Shown: positions 16,545 to 24,200, numbered from the stretch's first letter. The stretch: 25,502 nucleotides of DNA from a virus (IMGVR_UViG_3300033067_001793:1-25502), one strand, 5' to 3'. Translations and numbers: made by a program. Notes: generated by a model not told the origin, from the sequence alone.

Positions 16545-16571
16545 ACCCCTTTAATTAGGGGTTTTTCTTTT
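16545..16571 (+). terminator. Intrinsic terminator
   Basis: ACCCCT/AGGGGT stem followed by a T-tract. Confidence 0.75.
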
Positions 16572-16821
16572 GCATAATAAATATATAAATTGCATAATCA
16601 GATAGTATAGATTGATAGTAAATAAATATAATCATGAATTGCTATAACATAATACGATAGAATTGTTTTATATAAGTATTATATGTATGATAGAATTGTA
16701 GATAGATAGGCGGTAAAAACAGGAATTGCTAAATAAGTCGACCCCTAGTTTAACTTTTTGTGATAATTTTTTTAAGTGGGTCAATTTGATAGCACAATTT
16801 TTCAATTCCTCAATATTTAGT

Positions 16822-17004
16822 TTATTCCTTTATAATTAACAATCTATCTGGAAATCTTATTGCTTGTTTACTGTCATCAAGATACATTTTATTATCTTCA
16901 ATTTTAGTTACAATACATATATCTAATCTTGGAGTCTTTCCAAACATAACTGCTCTAACTACTTTATCACCTTCTTTAAAAGATATTTTATTTAAATCTT
17001 TCAT
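16822..17004 (-). CDS. Hypothetical protein (SH3/KOW-like beta pattern)
   Basis: FKEGDKVVRAV...ICIVTKIEDNKMYL; coupled to upstream ORF. Confidence 0.65.
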   Translation of the reverse strand: MKDLNKISFKEGDKVVRAVMFGKTPRLDICIVTKIEDNKMYLDDSKQAIRFPDRLLIIKE

Positions 17005-17150
17005 TTATATAACCTACTATAATAATCATTTGGCAACTCTCCAGTTTCAAACCAATGTTGCATCTCTTCTTCTGTTAAATAATTTGGAACTTCTATACCA
17101 CCATCAACACACTTAGAACATTCACATTTAAAATCATTATTCTCTACCAT
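17001..17150 (-). CDS. 49-aa protein MVENNDFKCECSKC...; not in ORF track
   Basis: Manual translation; CxCxxC and LTEEEMQHWFETGELPNDY; ATGA-coupled to the next gene. Confidence 0.6.
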   Translation of the reverse strand: MVENNDFKCECSKCVDGGIEVPNYLTEEEMQHWFETGELPNDYYSRLYK

Positions 17151-17304
17151 ATACTACCTTTAACCAATAATCTAATTCTTCTTTTGTTTTTACATGATCT
17201 GGAATATTCATTCCTCTATCAGCAAAAAACGGCTTTATTTTTTCTATATCAAAATCTACTAACTCAGACTCTAATTGTGACATACTTACTTTTTCTCTTG
17301 GCAT
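17137..17304 (-). CDS. 55-aa protein MPREKVSMSQLE...; not in ORF track
   Basis: GGAG RBS; overlapping operon arrangement. Confidence 0.6.
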   Translation of the reverse strand: MPREKVSMSQLESELVDFDIEKIKPFFADRGMNIPDHVKTKEELDYWLKVVYGRE

Positions 17305-17376
17305 ATATTAACTCCAAAAAATAATAACCAGTATGTTTGTGGGTTCATTAAAATTAAAAACATTAAATAATTCATA

Positions 17377-17550
17377 TTAATCATCCAAACCTGGGAATGT
17401 TGCCGCTAAAAATGAAACCATTATTGATCCTAAAAATACTAAAGCAATAACTGGATCTCTTTTATCAAAATCGTAACCTGACAACCAAATTGTAAATGTT
17501 AACAATAATGTTGTTAATATAAATACTAATATTCTTTTTTTACTCATCAT
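17377..17550 (-). CDS. Small membrane protein with two TM segments
   Basis: Two hydrophobic segments; start uncertain (17547, 17550 or 17562). Confidence 0.6.
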   Translation of the reverse strand: MMSKKRILVFILTTLLLTFTIWLSGYDFDKRDPVIALVFLGSIMVSFLAATFPGLDD

Positions 17551-17716
17551 TTTTTCTTTCATTATTTATAATATCAAATAAAGATATTTCATTTTTAATT
17601 TTTTGATCAATTCCAAATAAATAAATAATTTTACTATTATAATCTTTTGGAAGTAATCCAGTTTTTTCATAATGTTCTGTTTCTTCTTTTGTTAATCTTC
17701 TATAATCACTCATCAT
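17540..17716 (-). CDS. Hypothetical microprotein (LTKEETEHYEKTGLLPKDY)
   Basis: Start likely ATG 17713 or 17716; shares a motif with 17001-17150. Confidence 0.6.
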   Translation of the reverse strand: MMSDYRRLTKEETEHYEKTGLLPKDYNSKIIYLFGIDQKIKNEISLFDIINNERKNDE

Positions 17717-17855
17717 AACCCTTTCCAAAACCAATATAAATACTTACTATAAATAAAGTTATATTGATTGATACTGTATGTGGAAATCTATCTACATAGA
17801 TACCTAAACCAAAACCTTGTAATTTGTTTATTTCAAACTTGCTTCCTGAACCCAT
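17706..17855 (-). CDS. 49-aa protein MGSGSKFEINKLQGFGLGIY...; not in ORF track
   Basis: Manual translation; AAGG RBS. Confidence 0.55.
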   Translation of the reverse strand: MGSGSKFEINKLQGFGLGIYVDRFPHTVSINITLFIVSIYIGFGKGYDE

Positions 17856-17857
17856 AA

Positions 17858-18007
17858 TCATTTACCTTTCTTTGCTGTCTTAGCAGCATCTTTAAAATCT
17901 TTATTAGTTGGAGCACCTTTAGTTCCAGGCTTTCTCATTTTTTCTCCAGAACCATTTTCAATTCTTTTTCTTTTATCGTGAATATTATCGTATAAACCTT
18001 GTTTCAT
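17858..18007 (-). CDS. 49-aa basic phage protein (GLYDNIHDKRKRIENGSGEKMRKPGTKGAPT); not in ORF track
   Basis: Resembles a widespread small phage protein family recalled as GLYANIH.KR.RI..GSGEKMR.PG.KGAPT. Confidence 0.75.
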   Translation of the reverse strand: MKQGLYDNIHDKRKRIENGSGEKMRKPGTKGAPTNKDFKDAAKTAKKGK

Positions 18008-18013
18008 GATTAC

Positions 18014-18199
18014 TTAACTTTCTTTGTTGTTGTTTTTTTTGGCTACTGTTTTCTTTTTAGTAGTTGGCTTATCTTTACCTGCTAATGATAGAGCAATAGC
18101 AACTGCTTGTTTTTGTGGCTTACCTGCTTTTATTTCATTTCTAATGTTTGATGAAATAGCCTTTTGTGATTTAGCTTTTTGACCTTTGATTAATGGCAT
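18014..18199 (-). CDS. Small basic phage protein (ISSNIRNEIKAGKPQKQAVAIALS)
   Basis: Recognisable phage motif KQAVAIALS; AAGGA RBS. Confidence 0.75.
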   Translation of the reverse strand: MPLIKGQKAKSQKAISSNIRNEIKAGKPQKQAVAIALSLAGKDKPTTKKKTVAKKNNNKES

Positions 18200-18224
18200 A
18201 ATTATTATCCTTGTCTATACTTTA

Positions 18225-18252
18225 ATTTTAGCAGAATAATTCTAATTGTCAA
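18225..18252 (-). promoter_or_regulatory. sigma70-type promoter
   Basis: TTGACA-16bp-TAAAAT with TG extension. Confidence 0.7.
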
Positions 18253-18453
18253 TATAAACGGATTGCGATAGCAAAAAATAAACCGACTCTCAAAGAGAGT
18301 TTATAAAACACGATTAAATACCATTATTTTAACTATCTAATAAATCTTTACATAAATTATCAAATAAAATATAACTCATTAAAAAAACGATAAAAAAACA
18401 TATGTATTGAATGTTTTAAAAATCTTTTGCCACAAACAAAATAAAAAATTAAT

Positions 18454-18615
18454 ATAATATGGTCGTGTTTGATTTCAAACCGACAATAAGATAATTAAGA
18501 TTAAGTATATTAAGATATATTATAATATTATATTGTATGTTTCAGAAAAAAATATTGTCAAAACCCCTATAAACATTGAGTTTAAAAGATGTAATGATTA
18601 CAGTAATATATTACA
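18454..18615. repeat. Long inverted repeat, right copy (pairs with 6191-6356)
   Basis: See left copy. Confidence 0.92.
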
Positions 18616-18739
18616 TTTTTGTTAATGATTACATTCAAATATTTGAGTTAAAAAAACGGAAAAGTACCTTGAAACAACGATAAATATTGAATAATTCAAA
18701 TGTAATATATTACTGTAATGTATTACTGTAATCATTACA
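18590..18739. repeat. Array of GTAAT-N(1-2)-ATTAC palindromes
   Basis: Units at 18591, 18603, 18702, 18715, 18728 and a degenerate one near 18622. Confidence 0.9.
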
Positions 18740-18761
18740 CATAGATATTTACCATCAAATA

Positions 18762-18789
18762 TTGACATTTGGTTATATTCTGATAGAAT
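18762..18789 (+). promoter_or_regulatory. sigma70-type promoter of packaging-side operon
   Basis: TTGACA-16bp-TAGAAT with TG extension. Confidence 0.7.
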
Positions 18790-18807
18790 TAAAGTAAGGA
18801 GATTTTT

Positions 18808-19248
18808 ATGTTTGATAAACAACAATTAGAAATTATAAAAGAAGTAGGAAGAGAAGGTTTATCCTTAAGAGTTGCTGCATCTAGAATTGGAATGGTTCAC
18901 GGCAAGTTTATGTCTGAATATGAAGAAAATGAAGAAGCACAATTAGCATATGAATCTGGTCAAGCAGAATTAGAAGTTGAAGTAGTTACAGTTGCTAAAG
19001 CTGGATTTATTGATGACCAAAAAAAGTTTGATTTCCTTGCAAATACAGTATTGAATATGGACGGTAAAAATACTGCTAAAAATATTCAAACAAAACAAAA
19101 AACTGCTGCTGTTCCAAAAGAATTATTTAATCCAACAAGTTTGCTTGAGTTAGATGATGAAGAATTAAAAAGAAAAGCAGAACAAAAATTGATTGAAGAA
19201 TCAAAAAAAGTAAAACCAATAACCGATAAGAATGGAGAAGAGCAATGA
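18808..19248 (+). CDS. Putative terminase small subunit
   Basis: N-terminal HTH (GLSLRVAASRIGM), AYESGQAELE helix, C-terminal LLELDDEEL; upstream of TerL. Confidence 0.5.
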   Translation: MFDKQQLEIIKEVGREGLSLRVAASRIGMVHGKFMSEYEENEEAQLAYESGQAELEVEVVTVAKAGFIDDQKKFDFLANTVLNMDGKNTAKNIQTKQKTAAVPKELFNPTSLLELDDEELKRKAEQKLIEESKKVKPITDKNGEEQ

Positions 19249-19421
19249 GCAAATTAAAAAAATTATTTATATTATATATTTTAAGCATAATACTAAGTGT
19301 AGGTTCACTATTTTATGTTTTAAATGAAGTAGATAAAGAAGTACAACAATTAAAAAAAGATTTAATGGTTACAGTGTTTGTAGTTAATCAATTATTAGCA
19401 GTAGGACATACACACCAATGA
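19245..19421 (+). CDS. 58-aa membrane protein MSKLKKLFILYILSIIL...; not in ORF track
   Basis: ATGA-coupled at both ends; N-terminal TM segment. Confidence 0.65.
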   Translation: MSKLKKLFILYILSIILSVGSLFYVLNEVDKEVQQLKKDLMVTVFVVNQLLAVGHTHQ

Positions 19422-19678
19422 TTAATAAAGTTACACCAGTATTGCCTATACAAGCAATTAGAAAATACAACCAACATTTACCAAAGGAAAACACCATGCA
19501 AGAAATGGATTATAAACTAACTATTAAAGGTTTAGAAGAACAAGTTGAAATGTTAACATATGAGAGAGATTTCTATAGACAAAAGTTTGAGTCAACACAG
19601 ATTAAAAACTTTTTACAGCATTTTACACCACAAGAACAAATGGAATTATTTGAAATGATAGATAAAGGAGCTGAATAA
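19418..19678 (+). CDS. Hypothetical coiled-coil protein
   Basis: Coupled ORF. Confidence 0.7.
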   Translation: MINKVTPVLPIQAIRKYNQHLPKENTMQEMDYKLTIKGLEEQVEMLTYERDFYRQKFESTQIKNFLQHFTPQEQMELFEMIDKGAE

Positions 19679-19971
19679 TGGCTGAAAAGAAAACAACAAA
19701 AAAAGCAGAACCAAAAACTGCTGCTTGGCAAAGAAAAGAAGGCAAAGACCCTAAAGGTGGTTTAAATGCTAAAGGTAGAGCATCATACAATAAAGAAACT
19801 GGAGGTAATCTAAAGCCACCAGCACCTAATCCAAAAACAAAAAAAGATCAAGCTAGAAAAGATTCTTTTTGTGCCAGGATGGAAGGCATGAAAAAGAAAC
19901 TAACAAGTGAAAAAACTGCTAAAGATCCAAATAGCAGAATAAATAAAAGCTTAAAAGCTTGGAAATGTTAA
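19678..19971 (+). CDS. Conserved basic phage protein (DUF6321-like)
   Basis: AWQRKEGKDPKGGLNAKGRASYN..GGNLKPP..RKDSFCARM..SRINKSLKAWKC; family name recalled, not searched. Confidence 0.75.
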   Translation: MAEKKTTKKAEPKTAAWQRKEGKDPKGGLNAKGRASYNKETGGNLKPPAPNPKTKKDQARKDSFCARMEGMKKKLTSEKTAKDPNSRINKSLKAWKC

Positions 19972-19996
19972 TTTAATTTTACAAAGGAAATATATT

Positions 19997-20173
19997 ATGT
20001 TTGGAAGTTTATTAAAAGCAGCAGTTGGAGTAGTAGTAGAGACTCCATTAGCAGTAGTAGCAGATGTTGTTACATTATGTGGTTCTTTAACAGATAAAGA
20101 TAAACCATATACGGCAGAAGCAGTAGAAAAAATAGTAGAAAATGTTCAAGATGCAACAAACCCTAAGGAGTAA
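19997..20173 (+). CDS. 58-aa phage protein MFGSLLKAAVGVVVETPLAVVADVVTLCGSLTD; not in ORF track
   Basis: AAGGA RBS; P.AVVADVVTL.G.LTD..PYT motif recalled from small phage proteins. Confidence 0.7.
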   Translation: MFGSLLKAAVGVVVETPLAVVADVVTLCGSLTDKDKPYTAEAVEKIVENVQDATNPKE

Positions 20174-20178
20174 TAATA

Positions 20179-20274
20179 ATGAATGCACATCAAAGAAGAA
20201 TTAAAAGAAGAGAACACTTAAGAGTTGAAAGAAAAAATAAACTCAAAGAAGAAAAATCTAAACAACAGAAATGA
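20179..20274 (+). CDS. 31-aa basic peptide MNAHQRRIKRREHLR...
   Basis: AAGGAG RBS; ATGA-coupled to the next gene. Confidence 0.5.
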   Translation: MNAHQRRIKRREHLRVERKNKLKEEKSKQQK

Positions 20275-20615
20275 AGTTTAATAAAATAAATATACCTATT
20301 TACAGAAAGACTTTTTATATTATAACAGATAAAGAGTCTTATTATCTTTTGTATTTAAAATATAAAGGAGAAGATATAGATTTATCAACTTGTAATGGAG
20401 TATGTTCAGAAATAGGAACTGGATATTATTTGCTTGGAGTTTTTGATGGAAAGATTTCAACATTAATACATGAATTAACTCACTTATCAATGTATATATT
20501 AGATAATGGAGATAAGTATGATTTTAGAGAAAATGATGAACAACTTGCTTATTTAATGGAATATTTAACAGAGAAATCATTAACATATTTAAGTGTTAAG
20601 AATAAAAGTTATTAA
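20271..20615 (+). CDS. HEXXH zincin-like metallopeptidase-family protein
   Basis: TLIHELTHL followed by DEQLAYL. Confidence 0.7.
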   Translation: MKFNKINIPIYRKTFYIITDKESYYLLYLKYKGEDIDLSTCNGVCSEIGTGYYLLGVFDGKISTLIHELTHLSMYILDNGDKYDFRENDEQLAYLMEYLTEKSLTYLSVKNKSY

Positions 20616-20630
20616 GATTAAGCCAACTTC

Positions 20631-20651
20631 GAGCCTGCTGACGCAGGCTTT
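20631..20651. terminator. Hairpin between convergent genes
   Basis: AGCCTGC/GCAGGCT stem. Confidence 0.65.
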
Positions 20652-20655
20652 AGTT

Positions 20656-20868
20656 TTATTCTTCTTTATCTCTTATCTCTTCAATTACTTTATTGTTTAG
20701 ATACAATACAACTTTTGATAGCAGTATAATCAATATTAAAAATACAAACATTTTAGTTTTTTCATACCAATTAACTAATGTATCTGCTACACTAATTTTA
20801 AATAACAATTTAAACAATATCTCAATAGATAGGGTTATTGTCAGTGCCATCAACAAGTCTGTCAGCAT
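20656..20868 (-). CDS. Small membrane protein
   Basis: Hydrophobic segments; overlaps the upstream gene end. Confidence 0.5.
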   Translation of the reverse strand: MLTDLLMALTITLSIEILFKLLFKISVADTLVNWYEKTKMFVFLILIILLSKVVLYLNNKVIEEIRDKEE

Positions 20869-21265
20869 TTTTTATTCCTAACTGGTAGTAAAATTGTGTT
20901 TGTTTAATTGGTGTTATATCTTTAACCAATTCTTTTATAATGGCATATTTAGTTAATTCAATTTGATGTCTTATTTGAGCATCATATTCTTGTCTTTTTA
21001 TAACTAATTCATTCATATCTACAATATCGTGTAAAGCCATAACAGTTTGCATTGAATCTTTAGCAATTTGTTCTGCTACTGGATCTAAACTTATTGATTT
21101 AATTATAATTATTTCACCATGTTTTAAATTAGGTTTTGATGCTACTTTTCTACCTCTAACATTAAACTCTAATTTTTTATTTAAAAATAAATCGTGTCCA
21201 TAAAATATTCCATTTAATTGTATACCTAAGTCCATTATTGATTTTTTAAATTGTTCATTAGTCAT
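20822..21265 (-). CDS. Hypothetical protein
   Basis: Coupled to upstream RHH gene. Confidence 0.7.
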   Translation of the reverse strand: MTNEQFKKSIMDLGIQLNGIFYGHDLFLNKKLEFNVRGRKVASKPNLKHGEIIIIKSISLDPVAEQIAKDSMQTVMALHDIVDMNELVIKRQEYDAQIRHQIELTKYAIIKELVKDITPIKQTQFYYQLGIKNADRLVDGTDNNPIY

Positions 21266-21593
21266 TTTTTTTTCCTATCATACTATCAAAGTAATATTCA
21301 AGTGCTTTATTAATCATATCACTTCTGTTTAATTTTTTGTTATTGTTTTTTGCTTCTGATACTATTTCACTATCTATTTTATGTAAGTTATCTTTGTATA
21401 AAAATATACTTACTTGGGTTTTACCCTCTTTCTTTTTAGTGTCAATATATCTTTTCTGCCAATTGCTGGCATACTCATTATCCCTAGCTTCATTAGCAGA
21501 TTTCTTCTTATTTAGCTTTTCTTCTTCTTTAAGTTTCCTTGTTTTTTCTATCTCTTCAAGGATTCTTTGTTTGATTTCATCAATATTTTTCAT
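21258..21593 (-). CDS. Ribbon-helix-helix (CopG-like) protein
   Basis: KKEGKTQVSIFLYKDNLHKID..LNRSDMINKALEYY. Confidence 0.65.
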   Translation of the reverse strand: MKNIDEIKQRILEEIEKTRKLKEEEKLNKKKSANEARDNEYASNWQKRYIDTKKKEGKTQVSIFLYKDNLHKIDSEIVSEAKNNNKKLNRSDMINKALEYYFDSMIGKKND

Positions 21594-21631
21594 TTGACAT
21601 TTTCCTAATATTTTCTTATTATAATATATAC

Positions 21632-21659
21632 ATTATACAAAAAACAAATATTATGTCAA
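21632..21659 (-). promoter_or_regulatory. sigma70-type promoter
   Basis: TTGACA-16bp-TATAAT. Confidence 0.7.
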
Positions 21660-21686
21660 TAATAATATTAAAGGAACATAATCAAA

Positions 21687-23558
21687 ATGTTTGAAATAGA
21701 CAATTCATATTATCAAAAGTTCTTTTCAAAAGACGAATTAAATGCTAGAAATAGGGTTTTACAAACAGATACCTATAAAGAAGCAGTTGAAGTTTGGAGA
21801 GAGTTTTTAGAACCACATAAGGTTATAAGAAATGGTAAGCCATTATTAGATAGACCTTTAAATGCTCAAGAATTAAAAGCAGCAAGAAATCTTTTATGTA
21901 GAATAGATAGAGTATATCTAGCATTAGTTATTTCTGGAATGAAAGAAGAAGCATTAATGAGAATAGCAACTAACGATTGGCTATTTAAAAGAGCAAGAGA
22001 AGTTCAAAGAAATCCTGATGGTTATTTAGATTTGTGGCCCCGTGCTCACTATAAATCTACAATTGTTACAAAATTAGGTATTATGCAAGAGTTATTAATT
22101 AATCCAAAGTTAACAATTTTGATTTTAACATACACAAACAAGTTCGCTTTAGAAATATTATCATTTATTAAAAAAACTTTTGAGTTTAATGAAGATTTAA
22201 AAGAATTATTTCCTGATGTTTTATATAGAAATCCATCAAAAGAAGCTCCAGCTGGAACTTGGACACAATATAAAATATATTTAAAATCAAACATTGCTGG
22301 CAACGTAGCATCTGTAGATTATGCTTCTATTCAAGGTGGTGGTAAAATTGGACACCACGCACAATTGCTTGTATATGATGATATTGTTGTTGAAAGTTCT
22401 GTAACCAGTGTAGAAAATAGAGAAAAAACAGTTAGATATATTAACAACTCTAAAAACTTAGGTTCACCAGGACAACCAATTGATAGAAAATGGTTTGTTG
22501 GAACAAGATACCACCAAGATGATGCTTATGCTTACCTTATTAGCCGTGGTGCTGTTATTCCTCGTGTATATACTGCTACACATAATGGTAAAATTGATGG
22601 TGAGTTAGTATTCCTAACGCAAACAGATTGGAAAAAGAACTATTTAACACAAGATGATTATACATTATCTTGCCAAATGTTTATGAACCCTAATCTTTTA
22701 TCTAAATCTAGTTTTAGTATAAAATATCTTAAACCATATAACATTATACCACCTTGCCATATATTTATTTTCGTTGACCCTGCTTCTACAAAAAATAAAG
22801 ACTCTGACTATACATCTATTGCTGTTATTGGTATTAGACCAAAAGCAGTTAATGGCAGTTCAGCAGTTACTTATATGACAGAAAAACAAAAAGCAATGAA
22901 CTTAGAAAAGTTTTTGTTAGATGGTGTTAGAGATAGAATGAACCTATCAGAAACTTGGGAAGCATTAAAAAATATTTACTTAAAGTGGGAACAATTTTTA
23001 TCATTATTTGGAAATAATAAGTTTACAATAAATGTTTTTTATGAAAAATATGGACAACAAAGAGATGCTGAAGTTATTAAAACATTACAAGAAAGAGATC
23101 AAGTATTTTTTGAAATAAATAATACTGGTGGTAAGATTGCTAAAGAAGACCGTATTGGAAGATTGATACCTGACTTAAAATCTGGAAACTGGAAGATACC
23201 ATTCTTTGTAGAAAAGTTTGGAGATATATCATCTTGGAGAGTTGTTGAGTCATCTACAGATTATTATGAAATGAATTATGAGAAAGAACTATTAAAGAAA
23301 GATGGACAAGATAGATTTCCAGGACTTAATGGTTTTATTAAAGATAATTCATTTGATTTTACAATACAAGAAAGAAAAGCATATCCAATCATAAAAACTG
23401 CTGTTGATGGAATTAAGTATGATTATACATTACACTTTATTGATGAGTATATAAACTTTCCATCAGGTAAACATGATGACATATTAGACTCTATATCTCG
23501 TATATATGATGTACCAGATTTGTCTCAGTATGCTACAACTTTAAAGATATATTATTGA
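21687..23558 (+). CDS. terL: Terminase large subunit
   Basis: Walker A variant PRAHYKST, Walker B LLVYDD, GTRYHQDD, nuclease FVDPA and FPSGKHDDILDS. Confidence 0.93.
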   Translation: MFEIDNSYYQKFFSKDELNARNRVLQTDTYKEAVEVWREFLEPHKVIRNGKPLLDRPLNAQELKAARNLLCRIDRVYLALVISGMKEEALMRIATNDWLFKRAREVQRNPDGYLDLWPRAHYKSTIVTKLGIMQELLINPKLTILILTYTNKFALEILSFIKKTFEFNEDLKELFPDVLYRNPSKEAPAGTWTQYKIYLKSNIAGNVASVDYASIQGGGKIGHHAQLLVYDDIVVESSVTSVENREKTVRYINNSKNLGSPGQPIDRKWFVGTRYHQDDAYAYLISRGAVIPRVYTATHNGKIDGELVFLTQTDWKKNYLTQDDYTLSCQMFMNPNLLSKSSFSIKYLKPYNIIPPCHIFIFVDPASTKNKDSDYTSIAVIGIRPKAVNGSSAVTYMTEKQKAMNLEKFLLDGVRDRMNLSETWEALKNIYLKWEQFLSLFGNNKFTINVFYEKYGQQRDAEVIKTLQERDQVFFEINNTGGKIAKEDRIGRLIPDLKSGNWKIPFFVEKFGDISSWRVVESSTDYYEMNYEKELLKKDGQDRFPGLNGFIKDNSFDFTIQERKAYPIIKTAVDGIKYDYTLHFIDEYINFPSGKHDDILDSISRIYDVPDLSQYATTLKIYY

Positions 23559-23582
23559 CTTTTAAACTTAATATTGTATAAT
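23555..23582 (+). promoter_or_regulatory. sigma70-type promoter for tRNA and downstream genes
   Basis: TTGACT-16bp-TATAAT. Confidence 0.75.
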
Positions 23583-23590
23583 AATAATAT

Positions 23591-23664
23591 GCTGGTTTAG
23601 TTAAATGGTATAACAGTTGTTTTGTAAGCATCAATTATTGGTTCAATTCCATTAACCAGCACCA
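23591..23664 (+). tRNA. tRNA-Thr (anticodon TGT)
   Basis: Acceptor GCTGGTT/AACCAGC, D arm GTTA/TAAC, loop TT-TGT-AA, T loop TTCAATT, encoded CCA; two T-T stem mismatches. Confidence 0.85.
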
Positions 23665-23683
23665 TATAATAACAAGGATAATT

Positions 23684-24199
23684 ATGGAAAATAAAATTAT
23701 AGATAATGAAAATGTAGATTCAATTACATTATTTGAAGAAGAGATAACTGATGATGAAGCAGAAAAGTTTATACAGAGTTACAACGAATTACTTTCACAG
23801 GATGGTTCTGAAGAGGTTGTTGGAGAAAAGAATGAAACCTTTATCAATAAAAACTTATTTAAGAAAACACACCAAGCAAAATACTTAATTAAAAATGCTG
23901 ATTACTATGAAAATCTAGCATCTAATATACTTTTTACATATTTTCCAGCACATATGTGGTCAGCTGCTTTTGACAAAAAAGACAAGATTTTGTATACTAT
24001 GAACTTAATATGTCCAGAAAATATTCCTAGTTTTTCATTAAAAGGAATAAAAAGTTATGAAGATTTTTTAAAGTTAGTTTTAGCGGCTGGCAAAAAGATT
24101 TTAGTAGAACAAGACCTAGAAAGAATAATTTCTGACGAAGAGTTTAATGAAAAATTATTAAAAGCAAAAGAAGTAGCAGATAAGTATAAGGATAACTAA
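23684..24199 (+). CDS. Hypothetical protein
   Basis: AAGGA RBS; between tRNA and portal. Confidence 0.75.
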   Translation: MENKIIDNENVDSITLFEEEITDDEAEKFIQSYNELLSQDGSEEVVGEKNETFINKNLFKKTHQAKYLIKNADYYENLASNILFTYFPAHMWSAAFDKKDKILYTMNLICPENIPSFSLKGIKSYEDFLKLVLAAGKKILVEQDLERIISDEEFNEKLLKAKEVADKYKDN

Positions 24200-24200
24200 A

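Noticed and set aside
17286-17375. 29-aa minus-strand ORF MNYLMFLILMNPQTYWLLFFGVNICQEKK
   Set aside because: It fills an operon gap and may be real, but RBS support is weak, so it was not called.
6191-18615. Inverted repeats as transposon or IS ends
   Set aside because: No transposase is recognisable inside, and no target-site duplication was seen.
20693-22303. ORFs 20693-20881, 21337-21597, 22049-22303
   Set aside because: Antisense shadows of the RHH module and terL.
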